In this document: one piece after another, positions 37,305 through 50,524 of the stretch
Numbering within the stretch: the first letter of the stretch is position 1
Layout of the letters: each line of letters starts with the position of its first letter
Source: Mobula hypostoma
Taxonomy: Eukaryota
Assembly (NCBI RefSeq): GCF_963921235.1
Contig: NC_086097.1
Coordinates: 248,002,001 to 248,066,000 of the forward strand
Length of the DNA stretch: 64,000 nucleotides
Direction of reading: 5' to 3'
The notes under the pieces: generated by a model
The model's database searches: none
Seen by the model: only the letters and a program-made list of their open reading frames with translations
What the model was told of the DNA's origin: nothing
Position numbers and translations under genes: made by a program

Positions 37305-38020
37305 CTAAGTACATATATGTCCTCATATATTACCCTGAGATTCATTTTTTTACGGACATTCACGGTAAATACAAAGAAACACAACAGAATCAATGAAAAA
37401 CTGCACACAACCAAAGTGCAAAAGAGGGCACATTGTGTAAGAAGGAAAGAAAAGTAATAAATTAATAAATATTGAGAACATGAGTTGGACAGTCCTTGAA
37501 AGTGAGGAATCAGTTCAGTGTTGAGGTGAGTGAAGTTGTCCACACTGGATCACGAACCTGATGGTTGAAGGGTAATAACTGTTCCTGAACCTGGTGGTGA
37601 GGGACCTAATGCTCATGTACTTTTTCCCTGATGGCAGTGGCAAGAATAGAGCATGATCTGGCTCCTTAATGATGGAGGTTGTTTTCCTTATGGATATGGT
37701 CAATGGTGCAGAGCACTTTACCTGTGATGGACTGGGCTGTATCCATTACTTTTTCTAGGATTTTCTATTCAAGGACTTCGGTGTTTCCATACCAGGCTGT
37801 GAGGCAGCCAGTCAATATACCCTCCACCACATATCTATAGAAGTTTGTCAAAGATTAGGATGATGTGTCGAATCTTCGCAAATTTCTAAGGAAGTGGAAG
37901 CGCTGCCATGCTTTCTTCGTTATTGCACTTACGTGCTGGAGGTTGGATAGAAACTCCAAAATGATAGTGCCAAGGAATTTGAAGTTACTGATCCTCTCTT
38001 CCTCTGATCCCCCAAAGCAG
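37305..38020 (-). mobile_element. Rex1/Babar-type LINE 3' fragment
   Basis: IIKEPDHALFLPLPSGKKYMSIRSLTTRFRNSYYPSTIR on the minus strand. Confidence 0.7.
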
Positions 38021-38361
38021 ATTGACTGGCTGCTTTTTATTTATTCACTTGCAGCATGCGGGTGTCGCCAGCTAAGCCAGCATTTATTGCCCGTCCCTAG
38101 TTGCCCTTGAGAAGGTGGTGATCTTGAACCGCTGCAGACCCTCAGCTGTAGCTTCACCGTGGTATAGAGGTTGCAGTGCAGAGTACTGTAAGAGTCTTCA
38201 GAAGGTTATGGACTCAGCCATCAGGGGCACAAGTCTCCTCACCGTTGAGGACATGGAACATAGAACGATGTTGTGCCAGCCAGTTGACCTATCTAAGATC
38301 AATGAGTCCTTCCCTCTCACAAAACCCTCCATTTTTCTGTCATTCGTGTGCTGTGTACTGA

Positions 38362-41300
38362 TCTGGACCTGGACCTCCAGGGTAGTAATCTCAGGATTGC
38401 TACCTGTGCCACGTGCTAGCGAGGGCAAGAATAGTAGGATCAGGCAGATGAACGCGTGGCTGAGAGACTGGTGCAGGGGGCAGGGCTTCAGATTCTTGGA
38501 TCATTGGGATCTGTTCTGGGGAAGTATGACCTGTTCAAAAAGGACAGGTTACACCTGAACCCGAACGGGATTAATATCCTGGCAGGAAGGTTTAATAGAG
38601 CTGTTAGGGAGAGTTTAAACTAATTTGGCAGGGGATGGGAACCGGAATGATAGCGCGGAGGAGGGGGGAAACAGAAATGAATCTAAGATAGTGAGCAGTA
38701 AAGATGTCAGGAAAGACAGGCAGGTGATGGGGCAAATTTGCAGCCATTGGGATGAGTTGCAGTGCAATCAAAGCAAAAAGTACCAAATACTGGACTTAAA
38801 GTATTATACTTAAATGCACACAGCATAAGGAATAAGGTGGATGATCTTCTCGTACTGCTACAGGTTGGCAGGTATGATATTGTGGCCATCACTGAGACGT
38901 GGCTAAAGGATGCATGTCTCTGGGAGCTGAACGTCCAAGGATACACGGTGTATCGGAAGGATAGGCAGGTAGGCAGAGGGGGTGGTGTGGCTTTATTGAT
39001 AAGAAATTGTATTAAATCATTAGAAAGAGGTTACATAGGGTCAGAAGGTGCAGAATCTTTATGGGTTGAGCAAAGAAATTGCAGGGGTAAAAGGACCCTG
39101 ATGACAGTTATATACAGGCCTCCAAACAGCTGCAGGGATGTGGACTACAAATTACAACAGGAAATAGAAAAGGCTTGTCAGAAGGGCAGTGCTATGATAA
39201 TTGTGGGGGATTTTAACATGTGAGTGGATTGGGAAAATCAGGTCGGCACTGGATCTCAAGAGAGAGAATTTGTAGAATGTCTACAAGATGGCTTTTTAGA
39301 ACAGCTTGTTGTTGAGCCCACTAGGGGATCAGCTGTACTGGATTGGGTATTGTGTAATGAACCGGAGGTGATTAGAGAGATTGAGGTGAAGGAACCCTTA
39401 GGAGGCAATGATCATAACGTGATTGAATTCACTGTGGAATTTGAGAACGAGAAGCCGAAATCCGATGTGTCGGTATTTCAGTGGAGTAAAGGAAATTACA
39501 GTGGCATGAGAGAGGAACTGGCCAAAGTTGACTGGAAAGCGACACTAGCAGGAAGGACAGTGGCTAGAGTTTATGCAAGAAGTAAGGAAGGTGCAAGACA
39601 GATATATTCCAAAAAAGAAGAAAATTTCGAATGGAAAAAGGATGCAACCGTGGCTGATGAGAAGTCAAAGCCAAAGTTAAAGCAAAGGAGAGGGCATACA
39701 AGGAAGCAAAAATTAGTGTGAAGACAGAGGATTGGGAAGTTTTTAAAAGCTTACAAAAGGAAACTAAGAAGGTCATTAAGAGGGAAAAGATGGACTATAA
39801 AAGGAAGCTAGCAAATAATATCAGAGGATACTAAAAGCTTTTTCAAGTATATAGAGTAAAAGACAGAGAGTAGATATAGGACCAATAGAAAATGATGCTG
39901 GAGAAATTGTAATGGGAGATAAGGAGATGGCAGAGGAACTGAACGAGTATTTTGCATTACTCTTCACTGAGGAAGACATCAGCAGTATACTGGACACTCA
40001 AGGGTATCAGGGAAGAGAAGTGTGCGCAATCACAATTACAGCAGAGAAAGTACTCAGGAAGCTGAATAGTCTAAAGGTAGATAAATCGCCTGGACCAGAT
40101 AGAATGCACCCTCATGTTCTGAAGGAAGTAGCTGTGGAGATTGCGGAGGCATTAGCATGGTTCCGGAGGACTGGAAGATTGCAAATGTCACTCTGTTATT
40201 TAAGAAGGGGGTAAGGAAGCAAAAAGGAAATTATAGACCTGTTAGCTTGACATCAGTGGTTGGGAAGCTGTTGGAGTCGATTGTCAAGGATGAGGTTATG
40301 GAGTACTTGGAGGCATATGACAAGATAGGCAGAACTCAGCATGGTTTCCTTAAAGGAAAATCCTGCCTGACAAACCTATTGCAATTTTTTGAGGAAATTA
40401 CAAGTGGGCTAGACAAGGGAGATGCAGTGGATGTTGTGTATTTGGATTTTCAGAAGACCTTTGACAAGGTACCGCACATGAGGCTGCTAAACAAGAGCCC
40501 ATGGAATTACAGGAAAGTTACATATGTGGATAAGGCGTTGGCTGATTGGCAGGAAACAGAGAGTGGGAATAAAGGGATCCCATTCTTGTTGGCTAACGGT
40601 TACCAGTGGTGTTCCACAGGGGTCCGTGTTGGGGCCACTTCTTTTTACGTTGTATATCAACGATTTGGATTATGGAATAGATGGCTTTGTGGCTAAGTTC
40701 GCTGATGATACAAAGATAGGTGGAGGGGCCGGTAGTGCTGAGGAAACAGAGAGTCTGCAGAGAGACTTAGATTGGGAGAACGGGCAAAGAAGTGGCAAAT
40801 GAAGTACAATGTTGGAAAGTGTATGGTTATGCACTTTGGTAGAAGAAGTAAATGAGCAGACTATTATTTAACTGGGGAGAGAATTCAAAGTTCTGAGATG
40901 CAAAGGGACTTGGGAGTCCTTGTGCAGGATACCCTTAAGTTTAACCTCCAGGTTGAGTCGGTGGTGAAGAAGGCGAATGCAATGTTGGCATTCATTTCTA
41001 GAGGAATAGAGTATAGGAGCAGGGATGTGATGTTGAGGCTCTATAAGGTGCTGGTGAGACCTCACTTGGAGTACTGTGGGCAGTTTTGGTCTCCTTATTT
41101 AAGAAAGGATGTGCTGACGTTGGAGAGGGTTCAGAGAAGATTCACTAGAATGATTCTGGGAATAAGAGGGTTAACATATGGGGAAGGTTTGACTGCTTTT
41201 GGACTGTACTCCTTGGAGTTTAGAAGAATGAGGGGGGACCTCACAGAAACATTTTGAATGTTGAAAGGCATAGACAGAGTGGATGTGGCAAAGTTGTTTC

Positions 41301-41622
41301 CCATGGTGGAGGAGTATAGTACGAGAGGGCATGACTTAAGGATTGAAGGGCGCCCATTCAGAACAGAGATGCGAAGAAATTTTTTTAGCCAGAGGGTGGT
41401 GAATCTGTGGAATTTGTTGCCACGGGCAGCAGTGGAGGTCATGTCATTGGGAGTATTTAAGGCAGAGATTGATAGGTATCTGAGTAGCCAGGGCATCAAA
41501 GTTTATGGTGAGAAGGCGAGGGAGTGGGACTAAATGGGAGAATGAGTCAGCTCATGATAAAATGGCGGAGCAGACTCGATGTGCCGAATGGCCGACTTCT
41601 GCTCCTTTGTCTTATGGTCTTA
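38362..41622 (+). mobile_element. Nearly complete CR1 (end of ORF1, APE, RT, tail), inactivated by stops and frameshifts
   Basis: RVVISGLLPVPRAS...FLDHWDLFW (ORF1); LYLNAHSIRNK, ITETW, IYRPP, GDFN (APE); [15 protein letters not shown] (RT); tail cttatggtctta. Confidence 0.95.
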
Positions 41623-42848
41623 TCTAAGAGTCTCTTAAGTGACCCTAATGTATCTGACTTCACCACCACCCCCAGCAGGGCATTCCATGCATCCAGGGTA
41701 AATACGAGAGTAAGCTAGCCAATAAAAAGATAATTGCAAAAGTGTTTTTTTAAATGCATAAAGAATGAGAGGCCAAAGTGGACATTGGATTGCTGGAAAA
41801 AATACTACGGAGATGGTTACATTGAACGGAGAAATGGCAGAGTAATTGCAGAGGTATTTGCTTCAGACTTCATACTGGAAATGGCCACTTCCATTGGAAG
41901 TGCTGAATTTCTGTGTTCTGCTCTGCAGCAGTTCTCCAGATATTTCATTAATAAATCATAGGAAACATTCTTTTTTCCTCCCCCGCTGATATACTCTGAA
42001 TTGATTTCTGGTGTTTTGTTAAAAAAAAAATCACATTTTCAGTCTGTAGTCCATTTGGCAGGTCAAAGTTGGATATGAATAGTCCGAGTTCTGAATGTAT
42101 TTCAGAGTGATTCAGCACATCCCTGAGAATTATATTTTGTTGAAAACACAGGCCTGCGTGGAATTACGGACTGCAAACTCTGGAGTGCGAAGAAGGAAAA
42201 CGTCACTGCTAAGTTCATGAACACAAACTTCCAAGTTCAAGTACAAATTACTGTGATTGTCATTCATCCATGCACACACGTTGCCAAACAAAACGTTCCT
42301 CCAGATCAAAGTGCACAACACATTACGTCATGCACACAACACATACAGTAATATTACCATAAAGGGCAGGAGGGTAATGCCCGTTATGCCACTGGCATTT
42401 GGGGCGGCAGAGAAGGTCCTCCATCTCTGTCTCTCCATACCATCTCACAGATAAAGAAGAATTCTTCAGTACTGTTTCAGTAGCATCTTTGTTTTGACCA
42501 ATCAGGGTTGTTATCCCTGAGCTAATTCCCCGAACCTGGAGGATTGGTGGACCACTCTTAGTCTGGCCTCTTCCCTTTGACCTGTTCGGCATGGGTGACC
42601 CTACCAAGAGCCAAAGCCCTGACTCTGGCCATCACAGCTATCCAGGTCATTGAGGCACTCAACCCTCTAAACCCTGTGATAAGGTTGCGGTCCTCTCGGA
42701 GATTTACCATAAATAAACTAACAAATAAAAAGGTGCATATACGCAGGTTAAAAAGTCAAGAGTATAACGCTGCTGGCACTTCATAGATGATGAGACCTGG
42801 GTGGTGATCTGGGGTAAGAATCTAAGAAACTGGTTCCCATTCTAACAG

Positions 42849-44804
42849 CAACACACATCAAAGTTGCTGGTGAACACAGCAGGCCAGGCAGCATCTCAAG
42901 GAAGAGGTACAGTCGACGTTTCAGGCAGAGACCCTTCGTCAGGACTAACTGAAGGAAGAGTGAGTAAGGGATTTGAAAGTTGGAGGGGGAAGAGGAGATC
43001 CAAAATGATAGGAGAAGACAGGAGGGGGAGGGATAGAGCCGAGAGCTGGACAGGTGATAGGCAAAAGGGGATACGAGAGGATCATGGGACAGGAGGTCCG
43101 GGAAGAAAGACGGCGGGGGGGGGACCCAGAGGATGGGCAAGAGGTATATTCAGAGGGACAGAGGGAGAAAAAGGAGAGTGAGAGAAAGAATGTGTGCATA
43201 AAAATGAGTAACAGATGGGGTACGAGGGGGAGGTGGGGCCTTAGCGGAAGTTAGAGAAGTCGATGTTCATGTCATCAGGTTGGAGGCTACCCAGACGGAA
43301 TATAAGGTGTTGTTCCTCCAACCTGAGTGTGGCTTCATCTTTACAGTAGAGGAGGCCGTGGATAGACATGTCAGATTGGGAATGGGACGTGGAATTAAAA
43401 TGTGTGGCCACTGGGAGATCCTGCTTTCTCTGGCGGACAGAGCACAGATGTTCAGCAAAACGGTACTCCCTACCATCAGGCAGGAGGTACCACAGATGAA
43501 GACAAGGACTGTTAGAATCTGCTGTCAGGATGAGGCTTTTCATTCTAGGACGAGGGAGATATCTTCCTTTTTTAAAGAAAGGGGCTTCCCTTCCTCCACT
43601 ATCAACTCTGCTCTTAAACGCATCTCCCCCATTTCACGTACATCTGCTCTCACTCCATCCTCCCGCCACCCCACTAGGAATAGGGTTCCCCTGGTCCTCA
43701 CCTACCACCCCACCAGCCTCCGAGTCCAACATATTATTCTCCGTAACTTCCGCCACCTCCAACGGGATCCCACCACTAAACACATCTTTCCCTCCCACCC
43801 CCTCTGCATTCCGCAGGGATCGCTCCCTACGCAATTCCCTTGTCCATTCATCCCCCCCATCCCTCCCCACTGATCTCCCTCCTGGCACTTATCCATGTAA
43901 GCGGAACAAGTTGGAGGGGGAAGAGGAGATCCAAAATGATAGGAGAAGACAGGAGGGGGAGGGATAGAGCCGAGAGCTGGACAGGTGATAGGCAAAAGGG
44001 GATACGAGAGGATCATGGGACAGGAGGTCCGGGAAGAAAGACGGCGGGGGGGGGGGACCCAGAGGATGGGCAAGAGGTATATTCAGAGGGACAGAGGGAG
44101 AAAAAGGAGAGTGAGAGAAAGAATGTGTGCATAAAAATGAGTAACAGATGGGGTACGAGGGGGAGGTGGGGCCTTAGCGGAAGTTAGAGAAGTCGATGTT
44201 CATGCCATCAGGTTGGAGGCTACCCAGACGGAATATAAGGTGTTGTTCCTCCAACCGCGTCGGGTCTCGCCAATATATACAAGGCCACATCGGGAGCACC
44301 GGACGCAGTATATCACCCCAGCCGACTCACAGGTGAAGTGTTGCCTCACCTGGAAGGACTGTTTGGGGCCCTGAATGGTGGTAGGGGAGGAAGTGTAAGG
44401 GCATGTGTAGCACTTGTTCCGCTTACATGGATAAGTGCCAGGAGGGAGATCAGTGGGGAGGGATGGGGGGGATGAATGGACAAGGGAATTGCGTAGGGAG
44501 CGATCCCTGCGGAATGCAGAGGGGGTGGGAGGGAAAGATGTGTTTAGTGGTGGGATCCCGTTGGAGGTGGCGGAAGTTACGGAGAATAATATGTTGGACT
44601 CGGAGGCTGGTGGGGTGGTAGGTGAGGACCAGGGGAACCCTATTCCTAGTGGGGTGGCGGGAGGATGGAGTGAGAGCAGATGTACGTGAAATGGGGGAGA
44701 TGCGTTTAAGAGCAGAGTTGATAGTGGAGGAAGGGAAGCCCCTTTCTTTAAAAAAGGAAGATATCTCCCTCGTCCTAGAATGAAAAGCCTCATCCTGACA
44801 GCAG
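42849..44804 (-). mobile_element. Young 5'-truncated Penelope-like element (linker, GIY-YIG, terminal repeat), internally rearranged
   Basis: 10-bp TSD attctaacag (42839-42848, 44805-44814); PLVLTYHP, CKRNKCYTC, HFTCESAGVIYCVRCSRCGLVYIGET, RFAEHL and RLEEQHLIFRLGSLQP motifs. Confidence 0.92.
42910..42947 (-). ncRNA. Minimal type I hammerhead ribozyme motif with intact core
   Basis: Minus strand reads tagtc-CTGACGA-A-GGGT ctct GCCT-GAAAC-GTC-gactg: stem I tagtc/gactg, CUGANGA and GAAA core, ACGU palindromic helix III, GUC cleavage triplet. Confidence 0.8.
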
Positions 44805-45244
44805 ATTCTAACAGTCCTTGTCTTCATCTGTGGTACCTCCTGCCTGATGGTAGGGAGTCAAAGCGATTATGGGATGGATTGGAGGAATCATTGACACTCT
44901 AAGGGCTGTGTGTATCAAGGTTCCTGATAAATGTCTCTGATGGTAGGAAGAGAGACCCTGATCATCCTCTCAGCAGTCCTCACAATCCTTCGTAGGAACC
45001 TTCCAGTTATAATGACAATAAAACTACCAGTATACACTGTGAAGCTGGTAGCAAGATTGACATTTTTAAGCATAAAAGGTGTACTACAGAAATCTAAAAT
45101 TCGTTAACACAAAAGATTCTGAAGATGCTGGAAATTGAGAGTAATATACACAAAATGCTGGAGGAACTCAGCATGTCAGGCAGCATTTGTGGAAATGATC
45201 AGCCTGAAATGTTGACTGTTTGTTCCTCTGCATAGATGCTGTCT

Positions 45245-45790
45245 CTCAAATTCGATCACATTATGACCACTTTCCCATAAGGGTCCTTTTACCTTAAGCT
45301 CTCTGATCAATTCTGGTTCATTGCACAACACCCAATCCAGAATACCTGACCCCTAGTGGGCTCAACCACAGGCTGCTCTTGCAGGCATTCCAGAAATTCC
45401 CCCTATTTGAGTCCAGCACCAATTGGATTTTCCCAATCCACCTGCATATTGAAATCCCCATGACTATTGTAACATTGCCCTTTTGACACGCAGTCTCTAC
45501 TTTCCATTGTAATTTGTAGGCCACATCCTTTTTTCTGTTTGGCTGTCAGTATACAACTCCCATCAGCTAGTTTCTTAACTCTATGCACAATAATTCAACA
45601 CTTTCCGACCCTGTGTCACCCCCTCCTAATGATTTAATTTCATTCTTTACTAACAGAGGAACACCACCCCCTCTGCCTTCCTGCCTGTCCTTTCGATACA
45701 ATATGTATCCTTGGACATTAAGCTCCTAAATACAAGCTCCTTTCAGCCATGATTCAGTGGTGTCCACAATGTTATAGATGCCGATCTGTA
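45245..45790 (-). mobile_element. CR1 APE-domain fragment
   Basis: Minus strand homologous to 38870-39430 (GDFNMQVDWEN). Confidence 0.8.
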
Positions 45791-46426
45791 ACTGTCGCCA
45801 TGCTTCTCTTGCCAACATAGCATGCACACAAATTATTAACCCTAAACCGGACGGCTTTGCAATATGGGGAGTACCCAGAGGTCACGGTAAAAGCAATGAA
45901 ATTCCTTTCAGACAGCTGTGGGAAATTAAACCCAATTTCACAATTGGCAGACTGTAACTCGTTACCCTGACTGTTGTGTTGTAAAACTAATGGCATATTA
46001 AGTTAATATTAGCAAACACTATATGTCCTGAAAAAATACTTCTGTGGATTATAATTTATTCATGTTTAAAAATATATCTGTGTCTAAACTTATACAAAAC
46101 ATGATTTTCCACTATTTCTCCTTCTGCCTTAATCGTATGTGCATGTTCTGACGTTACTTTGTTCTTTGACAAGTTTGAAATTATTTAGATTTATTTATCA
46201 CACCTACATTGAAACAAATGGCGAAATGCGTCATTTGCGTTATCAACCAAAGCACCCAAGGATGTGCTGGGGCAGCCTGCAAGGGACAACACACATTCCG
46301 GTGCCAACAAAGAGTGTCCACGATGCTCTGTAGGACAGCACAGAACATACCAAGCGACAAAGCAACAATAGCAAAACAAGCCCCGTTTCTCCCTCCCTCG
46401 CAGATACTCACAGACCCAGGCTCTTG

Positions 46427-47012
46427 CCTTTGGGCCTTGACGTCTGGACTTCCAATCGACCTCTAGCTTTTGATCCAGACTTCCAATCGGCCTTTGGGCT
46501 TCAATCCGTTCCCTCGATTGGCCTTTGGGCTTTAATCTGGATCTCCAACCAAACTTCAGGCCTTGATCCAGATCTCCAATGGACCTTCAGGTTTTGATTC
46601 AGTCCTCCGATCAACCTTCAGGTTAGATTAGATTAGATTATGAGGACACTCAGTCCTCGTTTATTGTCATTTAGAAATGCATGTGTTAAGAAATGATACA
46701 ATGTTCCTCCAGTATGATATCACAGAAACACAGGGCATACCAAGACTAAAACTGACAAAAACCACATAATGATAACATATAGTTACAACAGTGCAAAGCA
46801 ATACCGTAATTTGATAAAGAGCAGACCATGGGCACGGTAAAAAAAAAAGTCTCAAAGGTTTCGATCCAGTCCTCCGATCAACCTTTGGGTTTTGATCTGG
46901 ACCTCCGATTGACCTTTGGACTTCGATCCAAACCTCTGATTGACCTTTGGGTTTCGATCCAGAACTCCGATTGACTTTCAGGGTTCAAACTGGATCTCCG
47001 ATTGGCCGTCAG
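46427..47012. repeat. Degenerate 31-bp tandem array (about 11-12 units) split by a LINE-tail insertion at ~46625-46855
   Basis: Units such as ttcgatccagtcctccgatcaacctttgggt; the insertion starts with (ttaga)n and is flanked by aggtt. Confidence 0.85.
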
Positions 47013-48915
47013 GCTATGACCCAGACCACCCCTATTTTTTTCTCACCCCTTGGTTTACTGATTGCGAAAATTATTTAGTATTTGCCCTGCCTTATATTGA
47101 TGACAATATGGCTGCTGCCCATTTTGCCACTGGACGGAGATGGTCCTCCATTTCTGGTGGTGTTCAGGGTTTCCTTCATCGTGCCAGTAGCTTCCTCTCT
47201 GTTTTCACCACTGTCGGTCGTGCACGTCCCTGGTGGAGACTCAGGAATACCGACGCCCTCAGTTGCAGGAGGATTCTTCATTGCTGTTCCTGTAGCAGTT
47301 TTGTTTCACCAGTCGGGGTTGCTAATCCTGAACTGAAGCCCCGAGCCTGGACGGCCAGTGGAAGACTCTTAGTCTACTTTGAACTTAAGTCATCACCTGA
47401 TTATTTGTGAGAATCTCACCTCCCCCCCGCCCCACCCCCCGACTTTATCAGCAGACAGGAAGCATGATGCTGTAACTGGGTTAGCTTAAAAGCCACCAGA
47501 GCCAAAATCACACCCTGCTCACGCATTTCACTAACTGTGCAAGGACAGAAGAAGAAAGAAAGAAAGGATAATAATAAATAAACAGATAAGTATCGAGAAC
47601 GTGAAGAGTCCTTGAAAATGAGTCTCTAGGTTATGGGAACAGTTCAGTGATGGGGTGAGTGAAGCTAGCCCCTCTGATATACTATCCCTCTCAACTCCAT
47701 TCTCCTGCCTTCTTCCCGTAACTTTTGATACCCCTACTAATGAAGAACGTACCACCCTCTGCTTTAAATATATCCAATTACTTGGCCTCCACAGCCATCT
47801 GTGGCAATGAATTCTGCACATTCACCACCCTCTGGCTAAAGAAATTTCTCCTCATCTCTGCTCTAAAGGGACACTGAGACTGAGCCCTGTGGTCCTAAAC
47901 TCGCCCACTGGAGGAAACATCCTCTCCATGTTAACTCTATCAGTGCCTTTCAATATTTGATAGGTTTCAATGAGCTTGCCCCCCAGTTTTCTAAACTCCA
48001 GTGAGTACAGGCCCAGAGCCATCAGATGCTTCTCGCAATGGTCGCTGTGAGGAGGCATTTCCCAGCTGATGGGAATGGTAAAAAACAACCTGCTGTTTTG
48101 TGTTGTGCTGCATGGAGGTACTTATCTAAAACTATTAAGATGACATTGTGTATAAGCTTCCCTAGGAAGCTGGGATTCCTCAGTTGCTGAGTGGTTTTAT
48201 TCCTGTAGAAATGCTTACTTCTCTTGCTGACAAACAATGCAAGGTGCCATTTGATAATGCGGTTCAGATTTTAAAGTAACCTGTTTGAGTCCCGTGATGC
48301 AGTCTCCTCGTGGAAACAGAGAATGCGTTTGGTTCCCCTACAATTCAGCACGGCTAAGTGGAACTGGTATTGATTTCCTCTTAGAACTGAAAAGTTGTGT
48401 TCCTTCAGAGAGTAACTACAGCGCTCTCTGCAGACCTCATGTTATAAAGTGTTATTTGAACAATATTTTAAAAAATCTTGATTGCTTACAGTAAATTAAA
48501 TAATAATTGAAAAATAATAATGTACCTGGGCATGTTTCAGAATGTAATACATTTGTTCAATTTCAAAGAGATTTCCTCTGTTCTGAAAAGAGGTTAGAAC
48601 TCACAGAGACAATCAATACATTTTTATCAAGTCGACATATTAGCATAGTCGTTAACATAATGCTACTACAGTGCCAGTGACCCAGGTTCAATTCCCACTG
48701 CTGTCTGTAGGAAGGTTGTATTTCCCTAAAGCTCATGTTCTCAATATTTATTGCTTATTTATTTAATTCTTTCTTCCTTTTTTGAGTTTGCACAGTTTGT
48801 TGTCTTTTGCGCAGTGCTTGTCTGTCTTTGTCGTGTGTGTTATTTCATTGATTCTATCGTGTTTCTTTGTAACTCCCGTGAATGCCTGCAAGAAAATGAG
48901 TCTCAGGTTAGTATT

Positions 48916-49300
48916 TAGTACTGTGCAAAAGTTTTAGGTACTCAGTGTGGGATGGAGAGCAAGTTTGCAAATCTAGCGGAAGAAAAGGATATCGGGAATG
49001 GCGAAGGTATAGTGCCACGGAAGGGATGTGGGACAGCTGACAGGGAGGGAGTGCCAGGGCTGAGTACAGACACACTCAGCCCTGAGACACCAGGCAAGGT
49101 CATTTGATTCCAAACAATTGGTTTATTGATCATTGCAGAATGTCTCGATGGTGCTTCCCGCTCCCTCCCCCCTTCCCTTCCCCTTGTCCCAACCATGATT
49201 TCTCCTCTCCTTGCCCCCTTTCCACTCTAGAGACCCATATCAGGTTAATACATATGTCATGGAATTTTGTTTTTGTTTGCAGCAGGAGCAGTACAGTCTT
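48916..49300 (-). mobile_element. Composite MITE copy 2 (partial)
   Basis: Core is the reverse complement of ~620-1000; begins with agtactgtgcaaaagttttaggtac. Confidence 0.7.
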
Positions 49301-49751
49301 AGACATAAAATATATAAAATAAATTTTATATAAAATATTTTATAGATATAAAAAATAAATTTACTTTCAACTTTCACCTTTGAACCCTGCTCCCCATGTT
49401 CTCCTGGGGTTTCCTCCAGTTGCTCTGGTTTCCTCCCACATTCCAAAGATGTACGGGTTAGTAGGTTAATCAGTCACATGAGTTTAATTGGTCAGCACAG
49501 GCTCATTGATTTGGAAGAGTCTGTTACAGAGCTGTATCAGTAAATAAAATTAAATTAAAAGGTCAAATGCCACTGCAGAGCTCCATCACTTCTATCTCAT
49601 TGGTCCACATTTTAAAGTACTGTTTCCAGTATTCATTATAAAGTTAAAAACACCAACAAGATCATGTTTTAAGCAAGCTATGATAATGTCTTCCTTGCCT
49701 CTCTACTGTATGAAAGAAACTCTGATGTCTAATGTTTCCTTTTCTTTGCAG

Positions 49752-49849
49752 TGTCTGCCTTTGAATCAGAGTTTTACATCAGTGGACTTGCACCCCTCGG
49801 TGAACGCCTTGTCCTCCTCATGTATGTGAAGGAGCCCTTGGAGCAGAAG
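49752..49849 (+). CDS. VPS41: VPS41 exon F (98 nt, phase 1/0): (V)SAFESEFYISGLAPLGERLVLLMYVKEPLEQK
   Basis: Acceptor tttctttgcag, donor gtaatg; split codon G|TG completes Val from exon E; matches human VSQFETEFYISGLAPLCDQLVVLSYVKEISEKT. Confidence 0.96.
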
Positions 49850-50025
49850 GTAATGGCATATTCAAAACATCGTGTTTTAACTAACAGTATATTTAAAGCA
49901 TAGGTTGACACGTTCTTGATTAGTAAGGACATCAAGAATTACCGTGAAAAGGCAGGAGAATGGGGTTGAGAGGGGTAATAAATCACCCATGATGGAGCAG
50001 ACTCAATGGGGGCCAAATGATCTAA

Positions 50026-50524
50026 TATATATATATAAAAGTGCCTAAGACTTTTGCACAGTATTGGAGCGGAAATCAATTTTGTAAATCTGGTGGGAGC
50101 AGAGGATGTTGGGAATGGTGAAGGTGGAGCACCACAGGAGGGTGTGTGGGACAGGCGGCAGAGAAGGAATGCCAGGGGTTGGGCGTGGTATGGGCACAGA
50201 CACATCCAGCAATGAGGCACCAGGCAAGGTCATTTCATTCCTAACAAATGGTTTATTGATCATTACCGAATGTCTCTCTGGTGCTTCCTGCTCCCTCCCC
50301 TCTCCCTTCCCCTTTCCCAACCATGATTCCCCTCTCCCTGCCCCCTTCCCACTCTCAGTCCACTATAGAGACCCAGATCAGAACCAGGTTTATCATCACT
50401 CACATACGTCATGCAATTTGTTCTTTTCATTTGTGGCAGCAGTACAGTGCAATACTTAAATTACTACAATACTGTGAAGAAATCTTAGGCACCCTGTGTA
50501 TATATATTTATGTGTCTAATACTG
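50026..50524 (-). mobile_element. Composite MITE copy 3, inserted in a CR1 tail
   Basis: gtgcctaagacttttgcacagtattg at 50041 and caatactgtgaagaaatcttaggcac...atactg-TA at 50467-50526 bracket the same core. Confidence 0.72.
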
